From sequence record MZ997840.1: 44,728 nt of DNA. One strand, given 5' to 3'. This document shows positions 1 to 8,344 of the stretch, in pieces. Both the position numbers and the translations under genes were made by a program. The DNA comes from Escherichia phage ULINTec6. The notes beneath the pieces are model-generated. The model saw only the letters and a program-made list of their open reading frames with translations. It made no database searches and was not told the DNA's origin. Each line of letters opens with the position of its first letter. Positions within the stretch are counted from its first letter, which is position 1.

Positions 1-39
1 TTCACTCGCTCACGTGTACCTTATGTTATTCCTTGATGG

Positions 40-160
40 ACAGCTTAGGTTAGCCTTAGTAGGATACCTTAGTTAAAGCCTTAGTGCTTAGCTTAGTATC
101 AACTTAGTAGTGTACCTTAGTTAGTCTTAGTGTCAGACCTTAGTGATTGCATAGCTAAAG
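40..160. repeat. Cluster of about 8 short direct repeats containing CTTAGT, spaced 10-15 bp apart, near the left genome end
   Basis: Repeated ccttagt/cttagtg motifs read directly; comparable to short-repeat arrays flanking terminal repeats in T7-like genomes. Confidence 0.5.
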
Positions 161-290
161 CTATAAGATGCTAATAGGTCGCGGTCGGTAGACCGCTAAG
201 AAGAGTAATAGTAATAAGATGCAGTAGGAGGAACACCAGAAACCTAGCCAACCTAGCCTATCCTAGCTCTGTATCTATTGCTTCTCCTTA

Positions 291-306
291 GTCTCACATG
301 TTAGAC
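291..306. repeat. Degenerate copy (GTCTCACATGTTAGAC) of the dispersed 16-bp palindrome
   Basis: 15/16 match to GTCTCACATGTGAGAC found six times elsewhere. Confidence 0.4.
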
Positions 307-373
307 AGCCTAGGTTTGTCTTAGTAGTTGTGACATGTATCACATAAATAATCTATCTTAGTGAAACTTAGTG

Positions 374-402
374 TTGACACAGGCAATCAACAGGTATACA
401 TT
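374..402 (+). promoter_or_regulatory. Host sigma70-type early promoter (TTGACA-17 bp-TACATT)
   Basis: Perfect -35 TTGACA at 374-379, 17-bp spacer, -10 TACATT at 397-402; upstream of the first early ORFs, as for the T7 A promoters. Confidence 0.6.
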
Positions 403-552
403 AGCAATCACTGAGACGGACCTAGCAAGCTGTCTCAGGTTATAAGCAGGAGAATTGATGCGTAAGCCATAGCTAGTGGATGTAGTCGCATGAAGGCTTG
501 AGTAAGGGGCCGTTCAATACCTTCTTCCTCTGGAGACAACGCTTATAACATT

Positions 553-564
553 GCTCTTTAACAA
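553..564 (+). promoter_or_regulatory. Conserved early-region motif GCTCTTTAACAA, copy 1 (candidate RNase III processing site)
   Basis: Identical 12-mer three times in early intergenic spaces, flanked by inverted repeats. Confidence 0.35.
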
Positions 565-623
565 CTTGCTTAGTGTAACCTATGTATGCCGTGGTTAATC
601 ACTTATTGAATGAGGAATTAACT

Positions 624-755
624 ATGAGTTTAGCAACGCTGAGTTATGAAGAAATGTATGCAGCCTACTACAACGCATTAGATGAAGGAGAAGAAGCATT
701 GACCTTCGCTGAGTTTATGGAGGCTTTATGGAGTTTCTATCATGACTCTAAATAA
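624..755 (+). CDS. Small early hypothetical protein (43 aa)
   Basis: ATG with GAGGAA RBS 7 nt upstream; stop overlaps the start of the next ORF (translational coupling); below the ORF-track size cutoff. Confidence 0.3.
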   Translation: MSLATLSYEEMYAAYYNALDEGEEALTFAEFMEALWSFYHDSK

Positions 756-924
756 CCGTGAACTATCCGTTCTCTTCACTCTGTTATGCTACATGATTCG
801 TAACAACGAATTGCTTACAGATGATGAGTTGGCACTATATCACCGCTTTCTTAACGAAGGTTGGACAGATACAGTTAACCATAAACGTGACTTGATGAAG
901 GAGTTAAGCAATGTATCAGCATGA
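742..924 (+). CDS. Early hypothetical protein (60 aa)
   Basis: ORF track; chain of overlapping early ORFs downstream of the host promoter. Confidence 0.45.
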   Translation: MTLNNRELSVLFTLLCYMIRNNELLTDDELALYHRFLNEGWTDTVNHKRDLMKELSNVSA

Positions 925-1135
925 GGTTTTCTTTGAATCAGCTAAAGAAGCTATTCGTTTGCATGATGATATGAAGTTAGCAGATATGAAGGTTGGCTTG
1001 ACCAGCTTCCTGCTGGATTACAACATGGAATATCACCGAGTTACCTTAGTATCTGAGTATGACAACCAAGTCATTACTGAGTATCTAGGCAGTGAAGATT
1101 ACGATTACGATGAAGTAATCACGACAAATCTCTAA
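911..1135 (+). CDS. Early hypothetical acidic protein (74 aa)
   Basis: ORF track; start overlaps the previous stop by 14 nt. Confidence 0.45.
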   Translation: MYQHEVFFESAKEAIRLHDDMKLADMKVGLTSFLLDYNMEYHRVTLVSEYDNQVITEYLGSEDYDYDEVITTNL

Positions 1136-1143
1136 ATTAACTA

Positions 1144-1172
1144 TTGACAACCACGGCATACAAGGCTACATT
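1144..1172 (+). promoter_or_regulatory. Host sigma70-type early promoter (TTGACA-17 bp-TACATT), second copy
   Basis: Same architecture as the promoter at 374-402: TTGACA 1144-1149, 17-bp spacer, TACATT 1167-1172. Confidence 0.6.
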
Positions 1173-1205
1173 AAGCATCAAGACGGCGACGTCTTTAAAC
1201 ATCCC

Positions 1206-1217
1206 GCTCTTTAACAA
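1206..1217 (+). promoter_or_regulatory. Conserved early-region motif GCTCTTTAACAA, copy 2 (candidate RNase III site)
   Basis: Motif lies inside the inverted repeat atcaagac ... gtcttgat. Confidence 0.35.
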
Positions 1218-1261
1218 TCTGGTTTGTGTCTTGATAGGCTTACTAACAAAGGTGAACTATC

Positions 1262-1426
1262 ATGACTAACGCACAACGTAAACGCTATGATGCATTGCAA
1301 GAGAAACTTGCTGTTGCTTATGCCGCTTGGCAAGCTAACACAGATAAGAGCAAACACGATAAACTTTATAGTAAAGTGGTTGCAATTAATGCTAAAATAG
1401 ATAAACTTGTGAATAGTATCTTATAA
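1262..1426 (+). CDS. Small early hypothetical protein (54 aa)
   Basis: ATG preceded by AAAGGTGA RBS; translated by hand to TAA at 1424-1426. Confidence 0.35.
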   Translation: MTNAQRKRYDALQEKLAVAYAAWQANTDKSKHDKLYSKVVAINAKIDKLVNSIL

Positions 1427-1468
1427 GATAGTTGCTGGCATTAGCCAGCCTATCAAGGCACAAGCCAC

Positions 1469-1480
1469 GCTCTTTAACAA
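1469..1480 (+). promoter_or_regulatory. Conserved early-region motif GCTCTTTAACAA, copy 3 (candidate RNase III site)
   Basis: Motif flanked by cctatc ... ggatag inverted repeat. Confidence 0.35.
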
Positions 1481-1575
1481 TATGGATAGAAGCTTCTTAG
1501 TCTGGATAGGTTAAACCTAGGGTATTCTTTTGAGTACCCTATAATGTAACCTAACTAACTAATGAGGATTAAATC

Positions 1576-1905
1576 ATGGAACGCAATGCTAACGCTTACT
1601 ACAATCTTCTGGCTGCAACTGTTGAAGCATTCAACGAGCGCATCAAGTACGATGAGATTCGTGAAGACGATGATTACTCTGATGCACTGCATGAGGTTGT
1701 AGATAGCATGGTGCCAGTTTATTACAGCGAAATCTTTACTGTGATGGCTGCGGATGGTATTGATGTTGATTTTGAAGATGCTGGTTTGATTCCTGATACG
1801 AAGGATGTAACCAAGATTCTACAAGCTCGCATCTATGAAGCTCTTTATAATGATGTACCAAATGACAGCGATGTAGTTTGGTATGAAGGCGAAGAAGAGG
1901 AATAA
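1576..1905 (+). CDS. ocr: Ocr-like anti-restriction protein (T7 gene 0.3 homologue, DNA mimic)
   Basis: 109-aa highly acidic protein; blocks IKYDEIRED, VPVYYSEIFTVMAADGID, FEDAGLIPDTKDV and ILQARIYE closely match T7 Ocr as I recall it; acidic C-terminus. Confidence 0.8.
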   Translation: MERNANAYYNLLAATVEAFNERIKYDEIREDDDYSDALHEVVDSMVPVYYSEIFTVMAADGIDVDFEDAGLIPDTKDVTKILQARIYEALYNDVPNDSDVVWYEGEEEE

Positions 1906-2013
1906 TAAGATGGAAAGGCAATATAACTTCATATTTTCAGACGGTGTGACCTTAAAATGTTCCTTGCGATTTGCACAGATTCGTGAGGAAGTACTAGGAA
2001 CTACATACAAGCT

Positions 2014-2036
2014 ATTTAGCTGACACTATAAGAGAA
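2014..2036 (+). promoter_or_regulatory. Degenerate phage-promoter-like sequence (ATTTAGCTGACACTATAAGAG)
   Basis: Matches the phage promoter consensus except around the start site (TATAAG instead of TATAG); may be weak or non-functional. Confidence 0.3.
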
Positions 2037-2099
2037 GGCTTAACAAGGCGTTACTACGGTAGCGCCTGATTAAACTTTCATTTATTAGGAGTTGAGATT

Positions 2100-2285
2100 A
2101 TGAAAACCTTGATTGGATGCCTGTTGTTGTCTTCACTTGTCCTTGCTTTTGCTGCAAAGGCTGGCTATGACGCTTACAAGATAGAACAAGCTCAGCAAAA
2201 GTGGGCTGAGAAATACACCTTATGCAGTAAGAGTCATACTTATGAGTACTGCAATAAGGCATTAAAACACCTTTGGAGAGAGTAA
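2100..2285 (+). CDS. Small early protein with N-terminal hydrophobic signal/TM segment (61 aa)
   Basis: ORF track; N-terminus MKTLIGCLLLSSLVLAFAA is signal-peptide-like. Confidence 0.4.
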   Translation: MKTLIGCLLLSSLVLAFAAKAGYDAYKIEQAQQKWAEKYTLCSKSHTYEYCNKALKHLWRE

Positions 2286-2346
2286 CTAGCCTATAGCCTG
2301 CCTGTGTGGGCTATGTGATATTTACTTACACTATAAGGTGATTACT

Positions 2347-3231
2347 ATGACTACTGAAAACGTCCTCCTGTCTGTCCGCGAAGCTGCAACCGCTGAGATT
2401 AAGCAACATTTGGATAATATCGGCACTTCTTACATCAAAGTTGGCGCTTGTCTGAATGAATTACGCGGTGATTTCGAAGGTCAAAAAGACTTTTTAGCTT
2501 ATGTAGAATCAGAGTTCGGCATCAAGAAGGCACAATGCTACAAGCTGATGAGTGTAGCCCGTGTCTTTGAAGGAGACGAACGCTTTAAAGGTGTGGCTAT
2601 GCGTGTAATGCTGGCGCTTGTTCCTTTCGCTGATGAAAATATAATCATGGAGAAGGCCGCAGAACTCGCCGCAGATGGCAAGCTGGACACTAACGCCGTA
2701 AACGCTCTGATTGATCCTAAGAAAGAGACAAAGGCTGAGACGGTACAATCTAAGGCTGAGACAGTAAAACCGCAGGAGAACGCGACTGAGGCCGCAGAAT
2801 CACAGGAAATGCAAGCGCCGCAGGTAGTGCCACCCGCGAGCGAGCAGGAGGCCGACGAATCAGCACCGTGGGAAGAGGAAAGCAAGCCTGAAGCACCGAA
2901 GTCCGCGCCGCTGGATAACACGGCTAATACTGAGAATGCCGCTATTGCCGGTCTGCTGGCACAAATTAAGGCACTGACTGAGCAATTACAGGCAGCTAAT
3001 GACCGCATCGCCTCCTTAAGTAGCGCACGCGAAAGCAAGAAGGCAGCCGCGCCTATGCTGCCGCAATTCAAATCTTCCTGCTTCTATGCTCGCTTAGGTT
3101 TAAGCGCCGAGGAGGCAACGAAGAAAACAGCAGTTAACAAGGCACGCCGCGAACTGGTTAAGCTAGGCTATGGTGAAGGCCATGAAGCATGGGCCTTAAT
3201 ATCTGAGGCAGTAGAAGAATTAACTAAGTAA
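2347..3231 (+). CDS. Early hypothetical protein with globular N-terminal domain and low-complexity A/E/K/P/Q-rich C-terminal half
   Basis: ORF track (start adjusted to ATG 2347 after AAGGTG RBS); occupies the position of T7 gene 0.7 upstream of RNAP but shows no kinase motifs. Confidence 0.55.
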   Translation: MTTENVLLSVREAATAEIKQHLDNIGTSYIKVGACLNELRGDFEGQKDFLAYVESEFGIKKAQCYKLMSVARVFEGDERFKGVAMRVMLALVPFADENIIMEKAAELAADGKLDTNAVNALIDPKKETKAETVQSKAETVKPQENATEAAESQEMQAPQVVPPASEQEADESAPWEEESKPEAPKSAPLDNTANTENAAIAGLLAQIKALTEQLQAANDRIASLSSARESKKAAAPMLPQFKSSCFYARLGLSAEEATKKTAVNKARRELVKLGYGEGHEAWALISEAVEELTK

Positions 3232-3294
3232 CCTTATCGGTGGCATCTTCTTAGGTGTCACCTATTAAGGTTTCTTTCACTAGGAGTAAACAAG

Positions 3295-5922
3295 ATGCAA
3301 GACCTACACGCTATTCAACTTCAACTTGAAGAAGAAATGTTTAACGGCGGTATCCGTCGCTTTGAAGCGGACCAACAACGCCAGATTGCATCCGGTAATG
3401 AATCAGACACGGCATGGAATCGCCGCTTATTGTCCGAACTAATCGCACCTATGGCTGAAGGTATTCAGGCATACAAGGAAGAGTATGAAGGTAAAAGAGG
3501 CCGTGCACCGCGTGCATTGGCTTTCATTAACTGCGTAGAAAACGAAGTGGCAGCATATATCACGATGAAAATCGTTATGGATATGCTGAATACAGACGTT
3601 ACCTTACAAGCTATCGCTATGAATGTAGCGGACCGCATCGAGGACCAAGTACGTTTTAGCAAGCTGGAAGGTCACGCAGCTAAGTACTTTGAGAAAGTAA
3701 AGAAGTCACTTAAGGCGAGCAAGACGAAATCTTATCGTCATGCACACAACGTAGCGGTAGTGGCTGAGAAGTCTGTAGCTGACCGCGACGCGGATTTCTC
3801 CCGCTGGGAAGCATGGCCTAAAGATACCTTGCTGCAAATCGGTATGACCTTGCTCGAAATCTTGGAGAATAGCGTATTCTTCAATGGTCAACCTGTCTTC
3901 CTTCGTACCTTGCGCACTAACGGCGGCAAACATGGTATCTACTACTTACAGACTAGTGAGCACGTAGGCGAGTGGATTACAGCGTTCAAAGAGCACGTAG
4001 CACAACTAAGCCCAGCTTATGCACCTTGCGTTATCCCTCCGCGCCCTTGGGTGTCTCCTTTTAATGGTGGGTTTCACACTGAGAAGGTGGCTAGCCGCAT
4101 CCGCCTTGTTAAAGGCAACCGTGAGCACGTCCGTAAACTGACCAAAAAGCAGATGCCAGCAGTTTACAAGGCCGTTAACGCTTTGCAGGCGACTAAATGG
4201 CAGGTTAACAAGGAAGTATTGCAGGTGGTAGAGGACGTTATACGTCTCGACCTCGGCTATGGTGTACCTTCCTTTAAACCACTAATCGACCGCGAGAACA
4301 AACCGGCTAATCCCGTGCCGTTAGAATTTCAGCACCTTCGCGGACGTGAACTGAAAGAAATGCTTACGCCGGAACAGTGGCAATCCTTCATTAACTGGAA
4401 AGGTGAATGCACCAAGCTGTACACCGCAGAAACTAAGCGTGGCAGCAAGTCGGCGGCTACGGTCCGCATGGTTGGTCAGGCCCGTAAATATAGCCAGTTC
4501 GACGCAATCTACTTCGTGTATGCACTGGACAGCCGCAGCCGCGTCTACGCGCAATCTAGCACTCTCTCACCGCAATCAAACGACTTAGGCAAGGCACTCC
4601 TACGGTTTACCGAAGGGCAGCCGCTAAATAGCGCTGAGGCGCTTAAGTGGTTTTTGGTGAACGGAGCTAATAACTGGGGTTGGGATAAGAAAACTTTCGA
4701 CGTGCGCACCGCTAACGTGCTGGACGGCGAGTTTCAAGACATGTGCCGCGACATTGCAGCGGATCCTCTGACCTTCACTCAATGGGTAAATGCCGATTCC
4801 CCTTATGGCTTCCTTGCATGGTGCTTTGAATATGCGCGTTATCTGGATGCACTGGATGAAGGCACGCAAGACCAATTCATGACGCACCTCCCAGTCCATC
4901 AAGATGGTAGTTGTTCTGGTATCCAGCACTACAGTGCTATGCTACGCGATGCAGTAGGTGCGAAAGCAGTAAACCTTAAGCCCTCTGACTCCCCTCAAGA
5001 TATTTATGGTGCCGTTGCGCAGGTAGTAATTCAGAAGAATTATGCATACATGAATGCAGAGGATGCGGAAACCTTCACTTCTGGCAGCGTGACTTTAACA
5101 GGTGCGGAACTGCGTAGCATGGCTAGTGCGTGGGATATGATAGGAATCACTCGCGGCCTGACCAAAAAGCCCGTAATGACACTACCTTACGGCAGCACAC
5201 GTCTAACCTGCCGTGAGTCAGTGATTGATTATATCGTTGATTTAGAAGAAAAAGAGGCCCAACGGGCTATTGCGGAAGGGCGTACCGCCAACCCTGTACA
5301 TCCTTTTGATAATGACCGTAAGGACAGCCTGACACCTAGCGCAGCTTATAACTATATGACAGCTCTAATCTGGCCTTCTATCTCGGAAGTGGTTAAAGCT
5401 CCTATAGTGGCAATGAAAATGATTCGTCAGCTTGCACGTTTCGCAGCTAAAAGAAACGAAGGCTTAGAATATCCCTTACCAACTGGCTTCATCTTGCAAC
5501 AAAAGATAATGGCTACCGATATGCTCCGCGTATCCACTTGCTTGATGGGTGAAATCAAGATGAGTCTCCAGATTGAAACAGATGTAGTTGATGAAACGGC
5601 AATGATGGGTGCGGCTGCTCCTAACTTCGTCCACGGTCACGATGCTAGCCACCTGATTCTGACTGTATGTGACCTAGTGGATAAAGGTATTACATCCATT
5701 GCAGTCATCCATGATTCTTTCGGTACTCATGCAGGGCGTACCGCAGACCTGCGGGATAGCTTAAGGGGAGAAATGGTTAAGATGTATCAAAACCATAATG
5801 CCCTGCAAAACCTGCTAGATGTGCACGAAGAGCGTTGGTTAGTAGACACCGGAATCCAAGTACCAAAGCAAGGGGAGTTTGACCTTAACGAAATCTTAGT
5901 TTCAGACTATTGTTTCGCATAA
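3295..5922 (+). CDS. Phage single-subunit DNA-dependent RNA polymerase (T7 gene 1 family)
   Basis: 875 aa; C-terminus ...[12 protein letters not shown] matches T7 RNAP ...LRDILESDFAFA; [18 protein letters not shown] and IHDSFGTH catalytic motifs present. Confidence 0.97.
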   Translation: MQDLHAIQLQLEEEMFNGGIRRFEADQQRQIASGNESDTAWNRRLLSELIAPMAEGIQAYKEEYEGKRGRAPRALAFINCVENEVAAYITMKIVMDMLNTDVTLQAIAMNVADRIEDQVRFSKLEGHAAKYFEKVKKSLKASKTKSYRHAHNVAVVAEKSVADRDADFSRWEAWPKDTLLQIGMTLLEILENSVFFNGQPVFLRTLRTNGGKHGIYYLQTSEHVGEWITAFKEHVAQLSPAYAPCVIPPRPWVSPFNGGFHTEKVASRIRLVKGNREHVRKLTKKQMPAVYKAVNALQATKWQVNKEVLQVVEDVIRLDLGYGVPSFKPLIDRENKPANPVPLEFQHLRGRELKEMLTPEQWQSFINWKGECTKLYTAETKRGSKSAATVRMVGQARKYSQFDAIYFVYALDSRSRVYAQSSTLSPQSNDLGKALLRFTEGQPLNSAEALKWFLVNGANNWGWDKKTFDVRTANVLDGEFQDMCRDIAADPLTFTQWVNADSPYGFLAWCFEYARYLDALDEGTQDQFMTHLPVHQDGSCSGIQHYSAMLRDAVGAKAVNLKPSDSPQDIYGAVAQVVIQKNYAYMNAEDAETFTSGSVTLTGAELRSMASAWDMIGITRGLTKKPVMTLPYGSTRLTCRESVIDYIVDLEEKEAQRAIAEGRTANPVHPFDNDRKDSLTPSAAYNYMTALIWPSISEVVKAPIVAMKMIRQLARFAAKRNEGLEYPLPTGFILQQKIMATDMLRVSTCLMGEIKMSLQIETDVVDETAMMGAAAPNFVHGHDASHLILTVCDLVDKGITSIAVIHDSFGTHAGRTADLRDSLRGEMVKMYQNHNALQNLLDVHEERWLVDTGIQVPKQGEFDLNEILVSDYCFA

Positions 5923-5930
5923 TATTAATA

Positions 5931-5965
5931 GGCCATTCCTTCGGGAGTGGCCTTTCCTTTTACCT
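5931..5965 (+). terminator. Intrinsic terminator after the RNAP gene (9-bp stem, UUCG loop, U-rich tail)
   Basis: ggccattcc-ttcg-ggagtggcc followed by tttccttttacc, immediately after the RNAP stop; analogous to the T7 early terminator. Confidence 0.65.
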
Positions 5966-5995
5966 ACTACCTGTAACATTTCATTAACATAAAGT

Positions 5996-6011
5996 GTCTC
6001 ACATGTGAGAC
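5996..6011. repeat. 16-bp perfect palindrome GTCTCACATGTGAGAC (copy 1), immediately upstream of a phage promoter
   Basis: Read directly; one of six near-identical dispersed copies. Confidence 0.8.
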
Positions 6012-6013
6012 TT

Positions 6014-6036
6014 ATTTACCGGACACTATAGGATAG
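6014..6036 (+). promoter_or_regulatory. Phage RNAP promoter (ATTTACCGGACACTATAGGA)
   Basis: Match to the SP6-type consensus GACACTATAG with upstream ATTTAC. Confidence 0.75.
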
Positions 6037-6186
6037 CCGTCGGAGACGGGAAAGAAAGGGAAGATAAAGGATATAAAGGAAGTAATAGGTATTAAAGGTT
6101 ATATAGGTTATCTAGGAATACCTAGGAATACCTATTACCTTCTTCCTTCCTCTTATTACCACTTAGAGGAAGGGCAGACCTAGGTT
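6034..6186. other. Candidate primary origin of replication (purine-rich/AT-rich segment with inverted and direct repeats between two phage promoters)
   Basis: ggaaagaaagggaagataaagg purine tract, inverted repeat gaagtaataggta ... tacctattaccttc, direct repeat aggaatacct x2; sits between RNAP and gene 1.1 as the T7 primary origin does. Confidence 0.45.
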
Positions 6187-6202
6187 GTCTCACATGTGAG
6201 AC
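6187..6202. repeat. 16-bp palindrome GTCTCACATGTGAGAC (copy 2)
   Basis: Read directly; again followed by a promoter-like sequence. Confidence 0.8.
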
Positions 6203-6207
6203 TTCGT

Positions 6208-6230
6208 ATTTACCGGACAGTATAGATAAG
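6208..6230 (+). promoter_or_regulatory. Phage promoter variant (ATTTACCGGACAGTATAGATAAG)
   Basis: One substitution in the core (GACAGTATAG); precedes the gene 1.1-like ORF. Confidence 0.5.
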
Positions 6231-6255
6231 ACTAACTTACTTTGGAGATTTAACC

Positions 6256-6393
6256 ATGCGTAACGTAGAAAAGATTACCCGTAGAAGCCGTCATGAGTGC
6301 GATGTAGATATTAGCACCCTTAAGAATCGTGCCAAAAAGTGGGTACAACAACGCGGCGGTGTCAATCGTAATATGAAACGTAATTGGAACTAA
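6256..6393 (+). CDS. T7 gene 1.1-like small basic protein (45 aa)
   Basis: MRNVEKITRRSRHE... resembles T7 gp1.1 (MRNFEKMTKRS...) as I recall it; GGAG RBS; directly after RNAP and origin region. Confidence 0.6.
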   Translation: MRNVEKITRRSRHECDVDISTLKNRAKKWVQQRGGVNRNMKRNWN

Positions 6394-6403
6394 AGGGCAG
6401 ACC

Positions 6404-7557
6404 ATGGCTATTATTAATAACATCCCATGTCCTCAATGTCAGAAGAATGGACACGATAAATCAGGCAACCACCTTATGATATTCGAGGATGGTGCTGGGT
6501 ACTGTAACCGTGGTCACTTCCATGATAATGGCAGACCTTACTACCATAAGCCTGAAGGGGGCATCGAGATAACCGAGTTGCCTATTACTGGCAATATCAA
6601 ATATACACCTTCCCAGTTTAAAGAGATGGAGAAGGAAGGGAAGATTAGCGACCCTAAGCTACGCGCCATCGCACTTGGTGGTATGCGTATGAAAGACCGT
6701 TGGGAGGTTATGAATGAGCAAGAAAGGGCAGACCAAGAAACAGAGTGGAAACTTGATGTTGAATGGTTCCTCACGCTTAAGCGTAAGAATCTTGTTTCCC
6801 GACACATTCGCGGCGACATTTGCGCATTGTATGATGTACGGGTCGGACACGATGAAGAAGGTAGAGTCTCACGGCATTACTATCCACGCTTCGAAAAAGG
6901 TGAGCTAGTAGGCGCTAAGTGTCGCACATTACCTAAAGACTTTAAGTTTGGTCATTTAGGTAAACTATTTGGTATGCAAGATCTTTTCGGTATGAATACT
7001 TTGTCTCACGTGTTAGACAAGGGAAGACGAAAGGATTGCTTGCTTATTGTCGGCGGCGAACTGGATGCACTAGCAGCACAGCAAATGCTCCTTGATTCTG
7101 CCAAGGGTACTAAGTGGGAAGGCCAGCCTTACCATGTATGGTCTGTCAATAAAGGTGAGTCTTGCCTTGAAGAGATAGTACAGAACCGTGAACACATCGC
7201 CCAATTTAAGAAGATTATATGGGGTTTTGATGGAGATGAGGTAGGGCAGAAGCAGAATCAGCAAGCGGCTCGCCTGTTTCCTGGCAAATCCTATATCCTT
7301 GAGTACCCTTCTGGTTGCAAAGATGCCAACAAGGCATTGATGGCTGGCAAGGCTAAAGAGTTTGTTGATGCATGGTTTAATGCCAAGTCATCTGATGAAG
7401 TCTTTGGTAGCCAGATTAAATCTATCGCATCTCAAAGGGATAAGCTCAAGGCTGCACGTCCAGAGCAAGGACTATCATGGCCTTGGCCTAAGCTGAACAA
7501 GGTAACGCTAGGTATTCGTAAGAACCAACTTATCATTGTAGGCGCAGGCTCTGGCGT
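6404..7557 (+). CDS. Primase-helicase (T7 gene 4 family), exon 1: zinc-ribbon, TOPRIM primase and start of the helicase P-loop (GAGSGV)
   Basis: IPCPQCQKNGHDKSGNHL...YCNRGHFH zinc ribbon and LLIVGGELDALA / FDGDEVGQ / CKDANKALM TOPRIM motifs match T7 gp4; the reading frame hits a stop 7 codons after GAGSGV. Confidence 0.85.
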
Positions 7558-8344
7558 TAACATTAGCGCCGCCATGTAGTAATACATGGGCAATAATCGT
7601 GTGAACTCAGGGGAAGACTAGAACAGTTAATCCTGAGCCAAGCTAGGCACACCTCAAATTCAAAGGAGGTGTTATGCAATTTAAAGAAGTACCAGATCAC
7701 AGTAATTATATTTGTTATGAGAATGGCACGGTTGTTAATCGTAAGACTGGAAAGGTCTTGAAAGAAGATACAACTAACCGAGGTTATAAGCGGATTACAG
7801 TAAGCAAGGGCAACAAGGTAACACGTTGGAGTGTGCACCGTTTAGTTGCTTTACTGTTTATCCCTAACCCTCATAATTATGAAACTGTTAATCACATATC
7901 GGGAGATAAGACGGATAACTCTGTTAGTAATCTTGAGTGGATGAGCCAAGAACAGAACCAAGCCCATGCTAAATATACAGGACTGTGTCCTAAAGGTGAG
8001 GCTGTTGGCACTAATAAGTTCAAAGAGGCAACTATTCAGCAAGTGTGCAAGCTAATAGAGAAAGGTTTATCTCGCGGTGAAATTATGAAAGCAACGAGCA
8101 TCTCTAAAGCAACCTTTGATGACATTCGTAGAAGGAAGACTTGGAAGCACGTATCTTGTTCATATAAATGGTGACAATCTGGTGTGCCTAGAAGGTGCAA
8201 CGACTATCCCGAAAGGGAGTACAGCCAAGCGGCTGGAAGCGCACGACACCCATCGTGGGTGATGATATAGTCTGGTCTATATGGGGACATATAGCAGTTC
8301 ATAAGAGAACGGGCGTGGCTTAGCGAACCACGTCGAACATAACG
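7558..8344 (+). mobile_element. Putative self-splicing group I intron (787 nt) interrupting the helicase Walker A motif, with an HNH homing endonuclease ORF in the P6 loop
   Basis: Exon end GGCGU 7553-7557 pairs with GCGCC 7566-7570 (P1, U-G at splice site); P-like CTCAGG 7606-7611 pairs with Q-like AATCCTGAG 7629-7637; R-like GTGCAACGACTATC 8195-8208 and S-like GATGATATAGTCTGG 8261-8275 form P7 (GACTA/TAGTC); intron ends with G 8344; splicing restores GAGSGVGKTEF. Confidence 0.75.
7674..8174 (+). CDS. Intron-encoded HNH homing endonuclease (166 aa)
   Basis: HNH motif VHRLVALLFIPNP...VNHISGDKTDNSVSNLEWMSQEQN; own RBS AAAGGAGGTG; C-terminal helix-turn-helix-like region. Confidence 0.85.
   Translation: MQFKEVPDHSNYICYENGTVVNRKTGKVLKEDTTNRGYKRITVSKGNKVTRWSVHRLVALLFIPNPHNYETVNHISGDKTDNSVSNLEWMSQEQNQAHAKYTGLCPKGEAVGTNKFKEATIQQVCKLIEKGLSRGEIMKATSISKATFDDIRRRKTWKHVSCSYKW

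Noticed and set aside
1505-1550. Third host promoter with -10 TATAAT at 1540-1545
   Set aside because: No acceptable -35 hexamer at 16-18 bp spacing and no extended -10 TG; it may instead be part of a hairpin (agggta ... taccct).
2319-2340. Phage promoter-like ATTTACTTACACTATAAGG just upstream of the 297-aa early gene
   Set aside because: Both the recognition region and the start site (TATAAG) deviate from the consensus; probably non-functional or very weak, and it overlaps the RBS of the downstream gene.
6714-6908. 64-aa ORF nested in another frame inside the primase domain, and the 10-mer AAGGGCAGAC recurring at about 6172, 6391, 6722 and 44266
   Set aside because: The nested ORF overlaps conserved primase coding sequence and has no RBS; the 10-mer recurrence is statistically unusual but has no consistent position relative to genes, so no function could be assigned.
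7558-8344. Intein as an alternative explanation for the interruption of the helicase P-loop
   Set aside because: The intervening sequence has an in-frame stop after exon 1, the HNH ORF is in a different frame with its own RBS, and the flanks show group I intron P1/P4/P7 pairings; an intein would be an in-frame protein insertion.
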